Positions 9,192-18,221 of a stretch of DNA of 64,000 nucleotides are shown here, piece after piece. Source of the stretch: an uncultured delta proteobacterium (GTDB lineage: Bacteria; Desulfobacterota; Binatia; JACPRU01); the NCBI GenBank assembly GCA_963745025.1, contig CAVUWD010000010.1:93794-157793 (forward strand). Reading direction: 5' to 3'. A model generated the notes under the pieces. It was not told where the DNA came from and did not search any database. It saw only the letters and a list, made by a program, of their open reading frames with translations. How positions within the stretch are numbered: position 1 is the first letter of the stretch; every line of letters begins with the position of its first letter. The position numbers and the translations under genes were made by a program.

Positions 9192-9207
9192 TGCAATCAC
9201 CGAGCCA
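9192..9207 (-). promoter_or_regulatory. sigma-54 (-24/-12) promoter upstream of the aminotransferase/PKS operon
   Basis: The minus strand reads TGGCTCGGTGATTGCA against the consensus TGGCACG-N4-TTGCA. There is one mismatch and the GG..GC spacing is correct. The element lies about 45 nt upstream of the ATG at 9147. Confidence 0.7.
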
Positions 9208-9291
9208 GCAGCGCTCGCCGGCAACGCGGCCGTATTCCCGGCGCGACCGAAGCAACGACCGTGGTCGACGTTGCCGAACCCGACAGGCGCT

Positions 9292-9399
9292 TGCCGAGAT
9301 CGGCAGAAACACGCTCGGGCGCTCTCCGCGCTCGGCTGGTCCGGTTGACCTTGAAGGTTAGTGCCTGCGGAAATCGGCAGGACGGTGCCGAAATCGGCA
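9292..9399. promoter_or_regulatory. three copies of the inverted repeat TGCCGA-N2-TCGGCA, candidate enhancer (UAS) sites for the adjacent NtrC-type activator
   Basis: The sites are TGCCGAGATCGGCA at 9292-9305, TGCGGAAATCGGCA at 9366-9379 and TGCCGAAATCGGCA at 9386-9399. The last two are 20 bp apart centre to centre. They lie 85-190 bp upstream of the sigma-54 promoter. Confidence 0.6.
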
Positions 9400-9433
9400 G
9401 ACTTCACAGACCGGCGAGGACCGCGAGAGGCGG

Positions 9434-10771
9434 CTACAAGCCGTGCTTCTTGAGCTTGGTCCAAAGCGTGCGCTCGCCGATCCCGAGGAGCGCCGCGGCC
9501 GCGGTCTTGTTGTCCTTGGTTTCCATGAGCGCGCGCAGAATGATCCTACGCTCGGTCTCGGCGACGGCGCGTTCGAGATTCAAGTCCGCCGGACCGGCGA
9601 GGACTTCCTCGGGGAGCAGCGAGCGAACGAGACTCTGCGGAATCTCGCCCCGCGCGGCGAGGACTGCGGCCCGCTCCATGACGTTGCGGAGCTCTCGCAC
9701 GTTGCCCGGCCAGCTATAGCGCCCGAGCGCCTGCAGCGCCTCGTCCGCGACGTGGAGGGGCGGCTTGCCGAGCTCCTTCGAGAATTGGGCGAGAAAGGCG
9801 TTGGCGAGGTCTCCGATGTCCTCCTTCCGTTCGCGCAACGGCGGGAGGTGCAGATGGAACACGTTCAGGCGGTAGAAGAGATCCTCGCGGAACGTGCCGT
9901 CGCGAATCACGCTGCGCAAATCGCGGTTGGTCGACGAGACGATCCGCACGTCGACCGTGACGCGCCGGTTGGAGCCGACCGGCTCGATCACGCCCTCCTG
10001 CAGGACCCGTAGCAGCTTCGCTTGCAGCGGGTACGCCATGTCGCCGATCTCGTCGAGGAAGAGAGTTCCCTCGTCCGCCATCTTGAACTTGCCGACGCGC
10101 TCGGCGTGCGCGCCGGTGAATGCTCCACGCGCGTGCCCGAAGAGCTCGCTTTCGAGCAGATCCGCCGGAATCGCCGTGCAGTTGAGCGGCACGAAGAGCT
10201 TCGCGGCGCGCGGGCTGAGATCGTGGATCGCTCGCGCGACGAGCTCCTTGCCGGTACCCGTCTCGCCGGTAATCAGCACCGCGCTCTTGGTGGGTGCCAC
10301 TTGCCGGACGAGATCGTAGACCGGCTGCATCGCCGGCGACTCGCCGATGAGGTTCGCGATCGCCGCGCCGCTCGACTGCTCGCGGTAGAAGCGGTTCTCC
10401 AGCTGATAGCGCGACACGTCGAGCGCTTTGCGGATGACGATCTCCAGCGCGGCTCGGTCGAAGGGCTTCAGAACGAAATCGAAGGCGCCGAGCTTCATCG
10501 CCTCGATCGCGGTGGAGATCGTCCCGAATGCCGTGAGAATGATGACCGGCACGTCGGGATCGATCGCGCGTAGCTCGCGGAGCAGCGCGAGGCCGTCCAT
10601 CGGCGCCATCTTGAGATCGCTGAGCACCAGATCGATCTGCTCGCTCCGGAAGATCGCGAGCGCCTGCTCCCCTCCCTCGGCGGCGCTCGACTCGAGGCCG
10701 ATCTTCTCGATCAGGATCTGCAGCACGCGCCGCATGCGCTGCTCGTCGTCGACGACGAGGACTCGCTTCAT
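9434..10771 (-). CDS. sigma-54-dependent response regulator (NtrC family: REC + AAA+ + Fis-type HTH)
   Basis: REC domain with DLVLSDLKMAPMDG. Walker A is GETGTGKE. The sigma-54 contact motif GAFTGA is present, and the C-terminal HTH reads NKTAAAALLGIGERTLWTKLKKHGL. Confidence 0.93.
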   Translation of the reverse strand: MKRVLVVDDEQRMRRVLQILIEKIGLESSAAEGGEQALAIFRSEQIDLVLSDLKMAPMDGLALLRELRAIDPDVPVIILTAFGTISTAIEAMKLGAFDFVLKPFDRAALEIVIRKALDVSRYQLENRFYREQSSGAAIANLIGESPAMQPVYDLVRQVAPTKSAVLITGETGTGKELVARAIHDLSPRAAKLFVPLNCTAIPADLLESELFGHARGAFTGAHAERVGKFKMADEGTLFLDEIGDMAYPLQAKLLRVLQEGVIEPVGSNRRVTVDVRIVSSTNRDLRSVIRDGTFREDLFYRLNVFHLHLPPLRERKEDIGDLANAFLAQFSKELGKPPLHVADEALQALGRYSWPGNVRELRNVMERAAVLAARGEIPQSLVRSLLPEEVLAGPADLNLERAVAETERRIILRALMETKDNKTAAAALLGIGERTLWTKLKKHGL

Positions 10772-12501
10772 GGCGTGTTCTCCGCGGCCGGCAGCTCGAC
10801 GCGAAACACACTGCCCGCGCCCACTACGCTCTCGACCGACAACTTGCCCTTGTGCTCTTGGATTACGCGTCGCACGACGGTCAGTCCGAGGCCGATTCCC
10901 CCTTCCCGCCTCGTGAAGAACGGCAGAAAGATCCTCTGGCGGATGTCTTCGGGGATTCCCGGGCCGTTGTCGCGAACCTCGAATCCCACGAAGCCCCCGC
11001 TCTCTGGTAGCACGACGACGGTCACCTCGCCTCCGGTCGGCACCACTTGCACCGCGTTGACGATCAGATTCAGCGCGACCTGATACATTTGGCCCTCGTC
11101 GCAGAGGGCAAGCGCGCCTTCGCCGCCGACCCGGCGGATCATCACGCCCTTGGCGCGAGCCTGGGGCTCGGCGAAGTCGGCGGCTCGGAACACGACGTTG
11201 CGCAGCGGAGTCCGATCGACCATCAGTTCGCGCGGCCTGCCGAGATTGAGGAGCTGCGTGACGACGTGGTCGAGATGTTCGATCTCGTCGAGCATGATCT
11301 GGATCAGCTCCGCGGCCTCGGCGTCCCTCGCGCCGAGCGACGGTTGAAGGATCTGCGCCGAGCTGCGCAGCACCCCGAGCGTGGTTCGCACCTGGTGCGC
11401 GATGCCGGCCGCGAGCTCGCCGACGAACGCGAACTTGGCGGCCTCGAGCACATCGCTCTGCGCGCGCCGCAGGTCGACCGACATCTGATTGAAGGCAGCC
11501 GTGAGCTGACCGACCTCGTCGCGCGAGCGCGTGGCGATCGGCACCGCGAGTGGCTCGCCGCTCGAGATCTCTCGTGTGGCCAGCGTCAGCTCGCGCAGCG
11601 GACGGGCCACGCGATTGGCGAGCACGATCGCCAGACCGAGCGCCAACGCGAGCCCCGCGGCGAGACCGATTCCCAGCCGAACGGTCATCGCGCGCACGGG
11701 TTGGAGCGCTCTCGAGAGCGGCTGCACGACGAGGATCGTCCAGGCCGGGGTGGCGCCGGGCATGCGCGAGTAGCCGACGAGCGCGCGCGCCGCTCGTTCG
11801 ACGGCGAATCCGGACGAAGCGCCGCCACGCGTGTCATCGATCGTGGTCCATCCGGCGGCGCGCAGATCCCTGCCGATCGGCGCGCGCGTGCCTGGCTCGA
11901 CGGCTCCGCCGATCACCACCCCGGATCCGTCCGTGATCACGACGTCGGCTTCGAGGCTCATCTCGTGCAGGCCCTGACGAATCTGCCCGAGCGCGCTCGT
12001 CTGGTGCGCCCAGTCGTAGAGCGCAGTCAACCGCCCGAAGGAGGCGCCGCTGCGATCGGGGTCCGGAATCGGTACGCCGAGCTCGAGCCCGCTTTTATCC
12101 CCCGGCCGCAGCGGGCCACGCAGCGATTCCCCCAGCGGCGCGGTGTTTGCTCCTCCGACCGGAGGATCCGTCCGGCCGATGCTCGATGGGTCGCTGGCGG
12201 CGACGATCCGTCCCGCCGAATCCGTTACGTGGAGCTCCACGATGGACTCGTCGCCCCGCTTTACCTCAGCCAAGAATGCCGAAATCCGCTTGTCGAGATC
12301 GCCGATGCGAATCTCTCTCATCAAGTCTTGGTGGGCGATGGTGCGCAAGTCGCCGAGCTCCGTGTTGAGAGTCGCCGCCAGAGAGTCGGCGCCGCCACGC
12401 GCTTCTTCGGCGAGCTGGCGGCCGATCGTCTCCGTCAATGCGCGACGCCCGTTCGAGATCGCGATCCAGCCGAAGACTCCCCCGGGGACCACGACGATCA
12501 A
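10768..12501 (-). CDS. sensor histidine kinase (periplasmic sensing domain, HAMP, HisKA, HATPase_c)
   Basis: The H-box is ELAAGIAHQVRTTLGVL, followed by an N-box (NLIVNAVQV), G1 (VRDNGPGIP) and G2 (GIGLGLTVV). It overlaps the response regulator gene by 4 nt. The TTG start at 12501 truncates TM1; the in-frame upstream residues LRTKLLAFALL suggest the true start lies a little further upstream (up to about 12565). Confidence 0.85.
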   Translation of the reverse strand: MIVVVPGGVFGWIAISNGRRALTETIGRQLAEEARGGADSLAATLNTELGDLRTIAHQDLMREIRIGDLDKRISAFLAEVKRGDESIVELHVTDSAGRIVAASDPSSIGRTDPPVGGANTAPLGESLRGPLRPGDKSGLELGVPIPDPDRSGASFGRLTALYDWAHQTSALGQIRQGLHEMSLEADVVITDGSGVVIGGAVEPGTRAPIGRDLRAAGWTTIDDTRGGASSGFAVERAARALVGYSRMPGATPAWTILVVQPLSRALQPVRAMTVRLGIGLAAGLALALGLAIVLANRVARPLRELTLATREISSGEPLAVPIATRSRDEVGQLTAAFNQMSVDLRRAQSDVLEAAKFAFVGELAAGIAHQVRTTLGVLRSSAQILQPSLGARDAEAAELIQIMLDEIEHLDHVVTQLLNLGRPRELMVDRTPLRNVVFRAADFAEPQARAKGVMIRRVGGEGALALCDEGQMYQVALNLIVNAVQVVPTGGEVTVVVLPESGGFVGFEVRDNGPGIPEDIRQRIFLPFFTRREGGIGLGLTVVRRVIQEHKGKLSVESVVGAGSVFRVELPAAENTP

Positions 12502-12592
12502 CAGCGCGAACGCGAGCAGCTTGGTGCGAAGTGACGGAAACGCTAACGTTTGCCAGGTCAGTGCGCTTCCTCCGAGTTCGCGTCAGCGTTTC

Positions 12593-13729
12593 ATGACGGC
12601 GTCCGATTTCCAATTCTCCGAGCGGATGTCGTGCCGCCTCGACCGGCCGACGGCTGGTCTCCGTGTCGCGTGGATTGCCGCCCTGCTTCTGCTGCTCGCG
12701 CCGGCGGCGTTCGCGCAAGACGCTCGCGCGCCGGAGCTCCCGCAGCCGGAACAGAGACCGGTGCTGGTCAGCCCGACTGCGATTGGCGACCTCGAGTATC
12801 GTCCGGGTCGCGGGCTCAGGATCGGCGACACCGGGTTCACGATCGGTGGCTACTCCACGCTCGCCGTCTCGCGACTCGAAGGTGAGCACTGGCGATTCGG
12901 CTTCGACGACCTGGATCTCTTCGTCTTTTACGATCCGACGCCGTATCTCCACCTGTTTTCGGACACCGGGTTCCAGCACATCTTCGATCTCGACGACACC
13001 GGCGGGGGCGGCACTTCGCAGGCCGAGGCGTCGATCGAGCGACTGTACGGCGACCTGAATCTCAGTGATCGCGCCAACTTCCGGGTCGGGAAGTTCTTGA
13101 CCCCGGTCGGACGGTGGAACCAGGTCCCCGCTGAGCCGCTGGTCTGGACGACCTCTCGTCCGTTGGTGACGAGCCGCCCGTTCGACGAGCACGTTGCCGG
13201 CGCGGCCTTCTGGGGAAGCGCGTTCCCCGCCGACGGATCGCTCTCATACAAGGTCTACGGGCAGTTCTTCGATCAGTTGACGTCGGACACGTCGACATCG
13301 CCTTCGGACGAGAGCGTCGGCGCCCGCCTCGATTTCTCCTCGCTCGGCGGTTGGTCGCTCGGCAGCTCGTACTTCGCCTTCACGCGCAACGGGAAGTGGA
13401 ATCAGCTCGGGGGCGTCGACGGGCTCTGGCAGTGGGACCGATGGGAGGCGAGCGGGGAGCTCCTGGCGGGTCACGGTGATCCCGATGGCCACCGAATCTT
13501 CGGGATATACCTCCAGGGCGTCGTCGAATTGCTCGCCGGCATCCACGCGATCGCTCGCTACGAGTATTACGAGCCTGGTGCCAACCACGCGGCGATCGAC
13601 CTCTACGATACCGGCCTCGCCTGGCGTCCTCTCTCGTTCCTGATCCTCAAGGCCGACTACCTGTTCGCGAACCACTCCTCGGAGTTCGCCTCTCCGGGTC
13701 TGCAGGGATCCTTTGCGCTTCTCTTCTGA
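12593..13729 (+). CDS. predicted outer-membrane beta-barrel (porin-like) protein
   Basis: The signal peptide reads ...GLRVAWIAALLLLLAPAAFAQDA. The sequence has alternating-hydrophobic strands rich in aromatics and Gly, and ends in ...GLQGSFALLF (C-terminal Phe). An alternative start is the ATG at 12626. The upstream part of the 528-aa track ORF is antisense to the kinase. Confidence 0.6.
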   Translation: MTASDFQFSERMSCRLDRPTAGLRVAWIAALLLLLAPAAFAQDARAPELPQPEQRPVLVSPTAIGDLEYRPGRGLRIGDTGFTIGGYSTLAVSRLEGEHWRFGFDDLDLFVFYDPTPYLHLFSDTGFQHIFDLDDTGGGGTSQAEASIERLYGDLNLSDRANFRVGKFLTPVGRWNQVPAEPLVWTTSRPLVTSRPFDEHVAGAAFWGSAFPADGSLSYKVYGQFFDQLTSDTSTSPSDESVGARLDFSSLGGWSLGSSYFAFTRNGKWNQLGGVDGLWQWDRWEASGELLAGHGDPDGHRIFGIYLQGVVELLAGIHAIARYEYYEPGANHAAIDLYDTGLAWRPLSFLILKADYLFANHSSEFASPGLQGSFALLF

Positions 13730-14159
13730 CATACTGCGCCGCGCCGCGCCGCTGCTGGCCTTGGCGTTGTCGCTGGTCGCAACCAGCGCGCGACCCGTGG
13801 ACGTCGCGATCGCCGTGATCGTTCACCCGAGCCGCGATCGGTCTCTACCCGTGGACGACGTTGCGCGAATCTTCCTGAAGAAGCAGCGCTTCTGGAACGA
13901 CGGGGCGCCGATCGTCCCGCTCAACCGCGAAGCAGGAAGCGCGATTCGAGAGATCTTCTCGCGACGGGTCTTCGGCATGTCGAGCGCCGCGCTGGCGGCC
14001 TATTGGAACGACCAGTACTTTCTCGGCACGTTTCCCCCCGTGATCTTGTCTTCCACGGAAGCCGTGAAGCGTTATGTCGCGTCGGATCCAAACGCCATCG
14101 GCTATGTCGACGCCGGCTACGTCGACTCGACTGTCCGCCTCGTTCTCGAGCTGTCGTGA
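13713..14159 (+). CDS. small secreted PstS-like (PBP_like_2) substrate-binding-domain protein
   Basis: Signal peptide followed by IAVIVHPSRDRSLPVDDVARIFLKKQRFWNDGAPIVPLNREAGSAIREIF...AIGYVDAGYVD, which resembles single-lobe phosphate-binding-protein-like domains. The TTG start overlaps the end of the porin gene. Confidence 0.55.
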   Translation: MRFSSDILRRAAPLLALALSLVATSARPVDVAIAVIVHPSRDRSLPVDDVARIFLKKQRFWNDGAPIVPLNREAGSAIREIFSRRVFGMSSAALAAYWNDQYFLGTFPPVILSSTEAVKRYVASDPNAIGYVDAGYVDSTVRLVLELS

Positions 14160-14233
14160 AGGGCAACGTCCACCTCGCGACCTGGAAGACCGGCCCGTGT
14201 CTTGCAATACGCGATGGCGGAGGCTCGGAACCA

Positions 14234-15103
14234 ATGGCACGCCAACGACCGGGAGGCGCTTCGCCGCTGCTCGCCGTGGCTCTGGCGATGGCGGTCGCCT
14301 CGGCGGCCTGGGCAGCGCCCGCGGGAGCGAATGAAGTCGCTCGCGACGCCGAGTACCTGATCGACAATACGCAGCTCGATCTCGTAGACATCGTGACCTC
14401 TCCCCTGCACGCCGCGGACGAGGATAGCGTCCTCCGATCGCCGACCTTTTACCTCGTGTTCGCGGGCATCGCCGGCGTGTGGGCGGGCTCGTTCGCCCTC
14501 GACCAGACCATCCGCAGCCATCTCCACAACATGTCGCCGAGCACCGCCGATCTGCTGCAGCGCGTGAGCTACGGGTCGGTGGGGGCGGCCGCGGCCTCGC
14601 TCTACCTCTATGGATACTCGATCGACGACTCCCGCGCCCGCGACGACGCGATCACAGGCGCCGAAGGCGCCGGCGTGGCATCGCTCGTGAATTTGGGATT
14701 CAAGTACGGTTTCGGTCGGCTGCGACCCCGTCAAGACGGTCACGACCACACCGCATTCTTTCGCGGCGGCGAGTCTCTTTTTTCGGGCGAGGTGACGCCG
14801 ATGTTCAGCTTGGCGGCCGCCGTCAGCGAGCATTTCGAGAACCGATGGTACGTCGCGGCGCCGATCTACTCGCTCGCCCTCGTCGACGGCTTCGGCCGGA
14901 TCGGCCACGACGCCCACTGGTTTTCCGACGTCGTGGGCGCCGCATTTCTCGGCGCCGGAACCACCGAGCTCTTCCTCTACCTGCACCGCCAGCACGAGCA
15001 GCAGCCGGGGCGGTGGCGCTTTTTCCCGGACACCGTTTCGCCGGCGGCAACCCCCGACGGACAAGTCAAGGTGAGCGGCCTGGCGGCGACGTGGATCTGG
15101 TGA
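14234..15103 (+). CDS. PAP2-family (acid phosphatase / lipid phosphatase) membrane protein
   Basis: Motif 1 is KYGFGRLRP (K-X6-RP). Motif 3 is RIGHDAHWFSD (R-X5-H-X3-D). Motif 2 reads FSGE rather than PSGH. A signal peptide follows the ATG at 14234. Confidence 0.75.
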   Translation: MARQRPGGASPLLAVALAMAVASAAWAAPAGANEVARDAEYLIDNTQLDLVDIVTSPLHAADEDSVLRSPTFYLVFAGIAGVWAGSFALDQTIRSHLHNMSPSTADLLQRVSYGSVGAAAASLYLYGYSIDDSRARDDAITGAEGAGVASLVNLGFKYGFGRLRPRQDGHDHTAFFRGGESLFSGEVTPMFSLAAAVSEHFENRWYVAAPIYSLALVDGFGRIGHDAHWFSDVVGAAFLGAGTTELFLYLHRQHEQQPGRWRFFPDTVSPAATPDGQVKVSGLAATWIW

Positions 15104-15401
15104 AGGACGGCTTGCAACCGGCGAGCCGAAGGAGCCGACCGTTCGGTCTGGACGGGGGATTCGGGTTCAAAATGGTGTTGGAGGACTTGGGTCGCGGGAT
15201 TGCGTTTGCGAAGCGCGCTGCCCTGAGCCTGCGGCAAAGCTTCCGGGTCAGCCGACCACGGGGCCCGCGGCCGGCCCGCGATGCTTGCCTTCAGGGCCGC
15301 TGTTGATCACCCGGCTGGGTCGAAGGTCGCCGGCTTGGCCGGCTCCCCGCGGGGACTTTCTCCGGGTAGGCGCGGACATGTTCGACGGCGAACATGATAG
15401 A

Positions 15402-15415
15402 CAACAACGTTGTTG
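15402..15415. promoter_or_regulatory. perfect 14-bp palindrome CAACAACGTTGTTG overlapping a TTGACT -35-like hexamer; candidate TetR operator
   Basis: I read the palindrome directly at 15402-15415, 34 nt upstream of the TetR ATG. TTGACT elements sit at 15413-15418 and 15418-15423. Confidence 0.5.
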
Positions 15416-15448
15416 ACTTGACTAGACGCAAGGTGTGATACGGTAGCC

Positions 15449-16090
15449 ATGCAGGCAAGCGTACGCGCCGTACCAAACCGCCGCGAACCGGGTACGACCT
15501 ACCTAGCGATCCTGGACGCGGCGGAAGCGCTGATGGCGGAGCGAGGACCCGGGGGTCTCAGCGTTTCCGAGGTGGCTCACCGCGCCGGCGTCAACCGCAC
15601 CACCGCCTATCAACACTTCCGCACACGCGGGCAGGTGATCGCCGCCGTCACGGCCCGGCTGTCGAGCGAGGTGAAGCGCATCCTCGAAGCCGAGATGTCG
15701 CTCGGCGAGCGGATCGATCACATCGTGAAGCTACACCTCGAGCGTCCGGAGATCGCACGCCTGTGGCTCTTCCATATGCTTTCCGACATCCCGCTGCCGC
15801 AAGACGAGACCTGGGAGCGCTTCTTGAACGGCCTGCGGCTGCTGGCCGCGAGCGAGCGCACCCAGCCGGGGATCGACGCAGAGATGCTCGGCCGCGTCTT
15901 GGTCGGCGCCACGCTGGTGTGGTCGCTGCTTGCGCGGCGCGGACCCAAGGGCGTCGCCGGTGCGAGCGAGCAGACCGAGAGGTTTACCCGCGAGCTCAAG
16001 CGCCTGCTCGCCTTCGGGGTCCTCAAGCCCGCGGAGTGGCCGGAGATCGTCGCCTCGATCGCTCCCCCAGCCGAGGAGAACGAATCATGA
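15449..16090 (+). CDS. TetR/AcrR family transcriptional regulator
   Basis: The N-terminal HTH reads ILDAAEALMAERGPGGLSVSEVAHRAGVNRTTAYQHFRTRGQVIAAV. Confidence 0.9.
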   Translation: MQASVRAVPNRREPGTTYLAILDAAEALMAERGPGGLSVSEVAHRAGVNRTTAYQHFRTRGQVIAAVTARLSSEVKRILEAEMSLGERIDHIVKLHLERPEIARLWLFHMLSDIPLPQDETWERFLNGLRLLAASERTQPGIDAEMLGRVLVGATLVWSLLARRGPKGVAGASEQTERFTRELKRLLAFGVLKPAEWPEIVASIAPPAEENES

Positions 16091-16326
16091 CCGCGAAGCT
16101 CCGCTACAGCCGCGAGGAGCTCTCGGCCGACCCCGCCTATTCGCGGCGCATCGAAGCGGTCGTCGACGCGATCTGCGAGAAGATCATCCGCACGCAGACC
16201 GGGGGGGGCGGCGCGACCCGACGGAGAGACGATCATCGCCGAGTTCGAGCGGCTCGGGCCCGTTCCGAGTTGATCCTACTTCTCCCCGTCGGGGAGAGGG
16301 CAAACCGAGGGGGGACGCAGAGATGA
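16087..16326 (+). CDS. small hypothetical ORF bridging TetR and the monooxygenase; frame uncertain after a G8 homopolymer
   Basis: The ATG overlaps the TetR stop (ATGA) and, as given, the stop overlaps the next ATG (ATGA). The N-half MTAKLRYSREELSADPAYSRRIEAVVDAICEKIIRTQT looks protein-like. After G8 (16201-16208) the given frame turns Arg-rich, whereas a -1 frame reads GGAARPDGETIIAEFERLGPVPS*. Confidence 0.35.
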   Translation: MTAKLRYSREELSADPAYSRRIEAVVDAICEKIIRTQTGGGGATRRRDDHRRVRAARARSELILLLPVGERANRGGTQR

Positions 16327-17558
16327 AATTCGGCATTTTCTACGAGCATCAGCTGCCGCGCCCGTGGCAAGACGGGGACGAGCTCAGACTCTTTCAGGAG
16401 GCTCTCGACCAGGTCGAGCTCGCCGACCGGCTCGGCATTGACTTCGCCTGGGAGGTCGAGCACCACTTCCTCGAGGAGTACTCCCACTCGTCGGCCCCGG
16501 AAGTATTTCTCGCTGCCTGCTCCCAGCGCACGCAGCGCATCCGCCTCGGACACGGCATCTTCCTGATGCCGCCGGCTTACAACCATCCGGCCAAAGTCGC
16601 CGAGAAGATCGCCACGCTCGATCTCGTCTCGAAGGGCCGAGTCGAGTTCGGCACCGGCGAATCCGCCTCGCGCGCCGAGCTCGAGGGCTTCGGCGTGCCC
16701 TACGCCGAGAAGCGCGCGATGTGGCTGGAGGCAACCGAGCAGGTCGCCAACATGATGGTGCTGGATCCCTACCCCGGCTTCCAGGGCAAGCACTTCTCGA
16801 TGCCGTGCCGCAACGTGCTACCGAAACCGGTGCAGAAGCCGCATCCGCCCATGTGGGTGGCGTGCTCGAACCGCGAGATGATCCACACGGCCGCGCGGCA
16901 CGGTCTGGGCGCGCTCACCTTCGCGTTCGTGGACCCGTCGGAGGCCAAGCACTGGGTCGACGACTACTACACGACGCTCAAGAACGAGTGCGTGCCGATC
17001 GGCCACGCGATCAACCCCAATATCGCCATGGTGACCGGCTTCTCCTGTCACGAGACCGAGGAGGAAGCGCGCCGTCGCGGGCTCGACGGCTTTCAGTTCT
17101 TCGGCTTCGCGCTCGGCCACCACTACATCTTCGGTACGCACAAGCCCGGCCGCACCGACATCTGGCGGATGTACGAGGCGGCGCGCGGCAAGATGCCCGA
17201 CATCGGCGGTCGGGGCATCGGTACGCCGGACCAGCTGCGCGCTCACCTCCAGGCGTTCTCCGACGTGGGTGTCGACCAGGTCGTGTTCATCCAGCAGGGC
17301 GGCAAGAACCGCCACGAGCACATCTGCGAGTCGCTCGAGCTCTTCGCCGCCCGCGTGATGCCGGAGTTCAAGGCGAACGAGGACGAGCGCCAGCGCCGGA
17401 AGATGGAGGAGCTTGCGCCGCACCTCGAAGCGGCCATGAAACGGAAGCGGTGGATGAAACCGCTCGCTGACGAGCAGATCGAAGAGTTCCGCGCCTACGG
17501 TCGGGGGATCAGCGAGGCGCCGCGCCGGGGCGCGGTGCCGATCCTGACGACTCCCTGA
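16323..17558 (+). CDS. LLM-class (luciferase-like) flavin-dependent oxidoreductase
   Basis: MKFGIFYEHQLPRPW...FAWEVEHHFLEEYSHSSAPEVFLAA...RIRLGHGI... is typical of bacterial luciferase-like monooxygenases. A GAGGGGGG Shine-Dalgarno precedes the ATG at 16323. Confidence 0.88.
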   Translation: MKFGIFYEHQLPRPWQDGDELRLFQEALDQVELADRLGIDFAWEVEHHFLEEYSHSSAPEVFLAACSQRTQRIRLGHGIFLMPPAYNHPAKVAEKIATLDLVSKGRVEFGTGESASRAELEGFGVPYAEKRAMWLEATEQVANMMVLDPYPGFQGKHFSMPCRNVLPKPVQKPHPPMWVACSNREMIHTAARHGLGALTFAFVDPSEAKHWVDDYYTTLKNECVPIGHAINPNIAMVTGFSCHETEEEARRRGLDGFQFFGFALGHHYIFGTHKPGRTDIWRMYEAARGKMPDIGGRGIGTPDQLRAHLQAFSDVGVDQVVFIQQGGKNRHEHICESLELFAARVMPEFKANEDERQRRKMEELAPHLEAAMKRKRWMKPLADEQIEEFRAYGRGISEAPRRGAVPILTTP

Positions 17559-17677
17559 CGCCGCTCAGGAAGGCCTCAGTCTCCGCACGATCGCTTCGAC
17601 ATGAAGGAGAACGCGGCTGGTTTGCAGTCGATCCGTACGCCGCTGGTCTATTGCTTTCCGCGCTTCGCGCGGTGGCT

Positions 17678-17719
17678 GGCATTTCCTGTCGGGCCGAGTA
17701 CTTCCCGACAGGAAACGCC
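17678..17719. terminator. long hairpin between convergent genes, likely a bidirectional terminator
   Basis: TTTCCTGTCGGG (17682-17693) pairs perfectly with CCCGACAGGAAA (17704-17715) around a 10-nt loop, and flanking GGC/GCC extend the stem. No clear U-tract follows. Confidence 0.5.
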
Positions 17720-17756
17720 AGCGCTTCTCGGAATTCGCAACGCCGCTGCCGTCGCG

Positions 17757-18221
17757 CTACTGCGACCAGATCTTCCCGCCGCCCTTTATCAGATCGGCGA
17801 GCGAGGTGACCTCGATCCGCCACGGGATGAGCTTCAACACCCCAAAGTTCGGATCCTGCCGACCCCCGGGCCAAAAGGCGATCGGGTCGTAGCCGACGGG
17901 TTGTGGCGTTCTCGCAAATAGATCCCAAATCTCCGACTTGACCTCGGCGCGGTCCTCCCACTCGGCACGGCACTCCGCGTAGACCTGCTCGAGGCTCGCG
18001 TTGGCGTAGCAGAGCGACACGTAGGGATTCTTCGCGAGGTGCTTCTCCTTCAGGGAGTGGCGGCTCGAGAGGATCCATCCCGTCGAGCCTTGCCAAATCG
18101 GATGCAAGATCCGCGAGCGCGGACGGCCCTGTCGGTCGACCGTCGCGACGCTGCACCAGACGATCTCGCGCACGCGCTGCGTGAAGTCCGGTTCGATGTC
18201 GGCGAACGAGTCGACTCTCAC
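17757..18221 (-). CDS. pyridoxamine 5'-phosphate oxidase-family (split-barrel flavin/F420-binding) protein
   Basis: The 154-aa product contains VWCSVATVDRQGRPRSRILHPIW...NPYVSLCY, typical of the PNPOx-like fold. Confidence 0.7.
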   Translation of the reverse strand: MRVDSFADIEPDFTQRVREIVWCSVATVDRQGRPRSRILHPIWQGSTGWILSSRHSLKEKHLAKNPYVSLCYANASLEQVYAECRAEWEDRAEVKSEIWDLFARTPQPVGYDPIAFWPGGRQDPNFGVLKLIPWRIEVTSLADLIKGGGKIWSQ

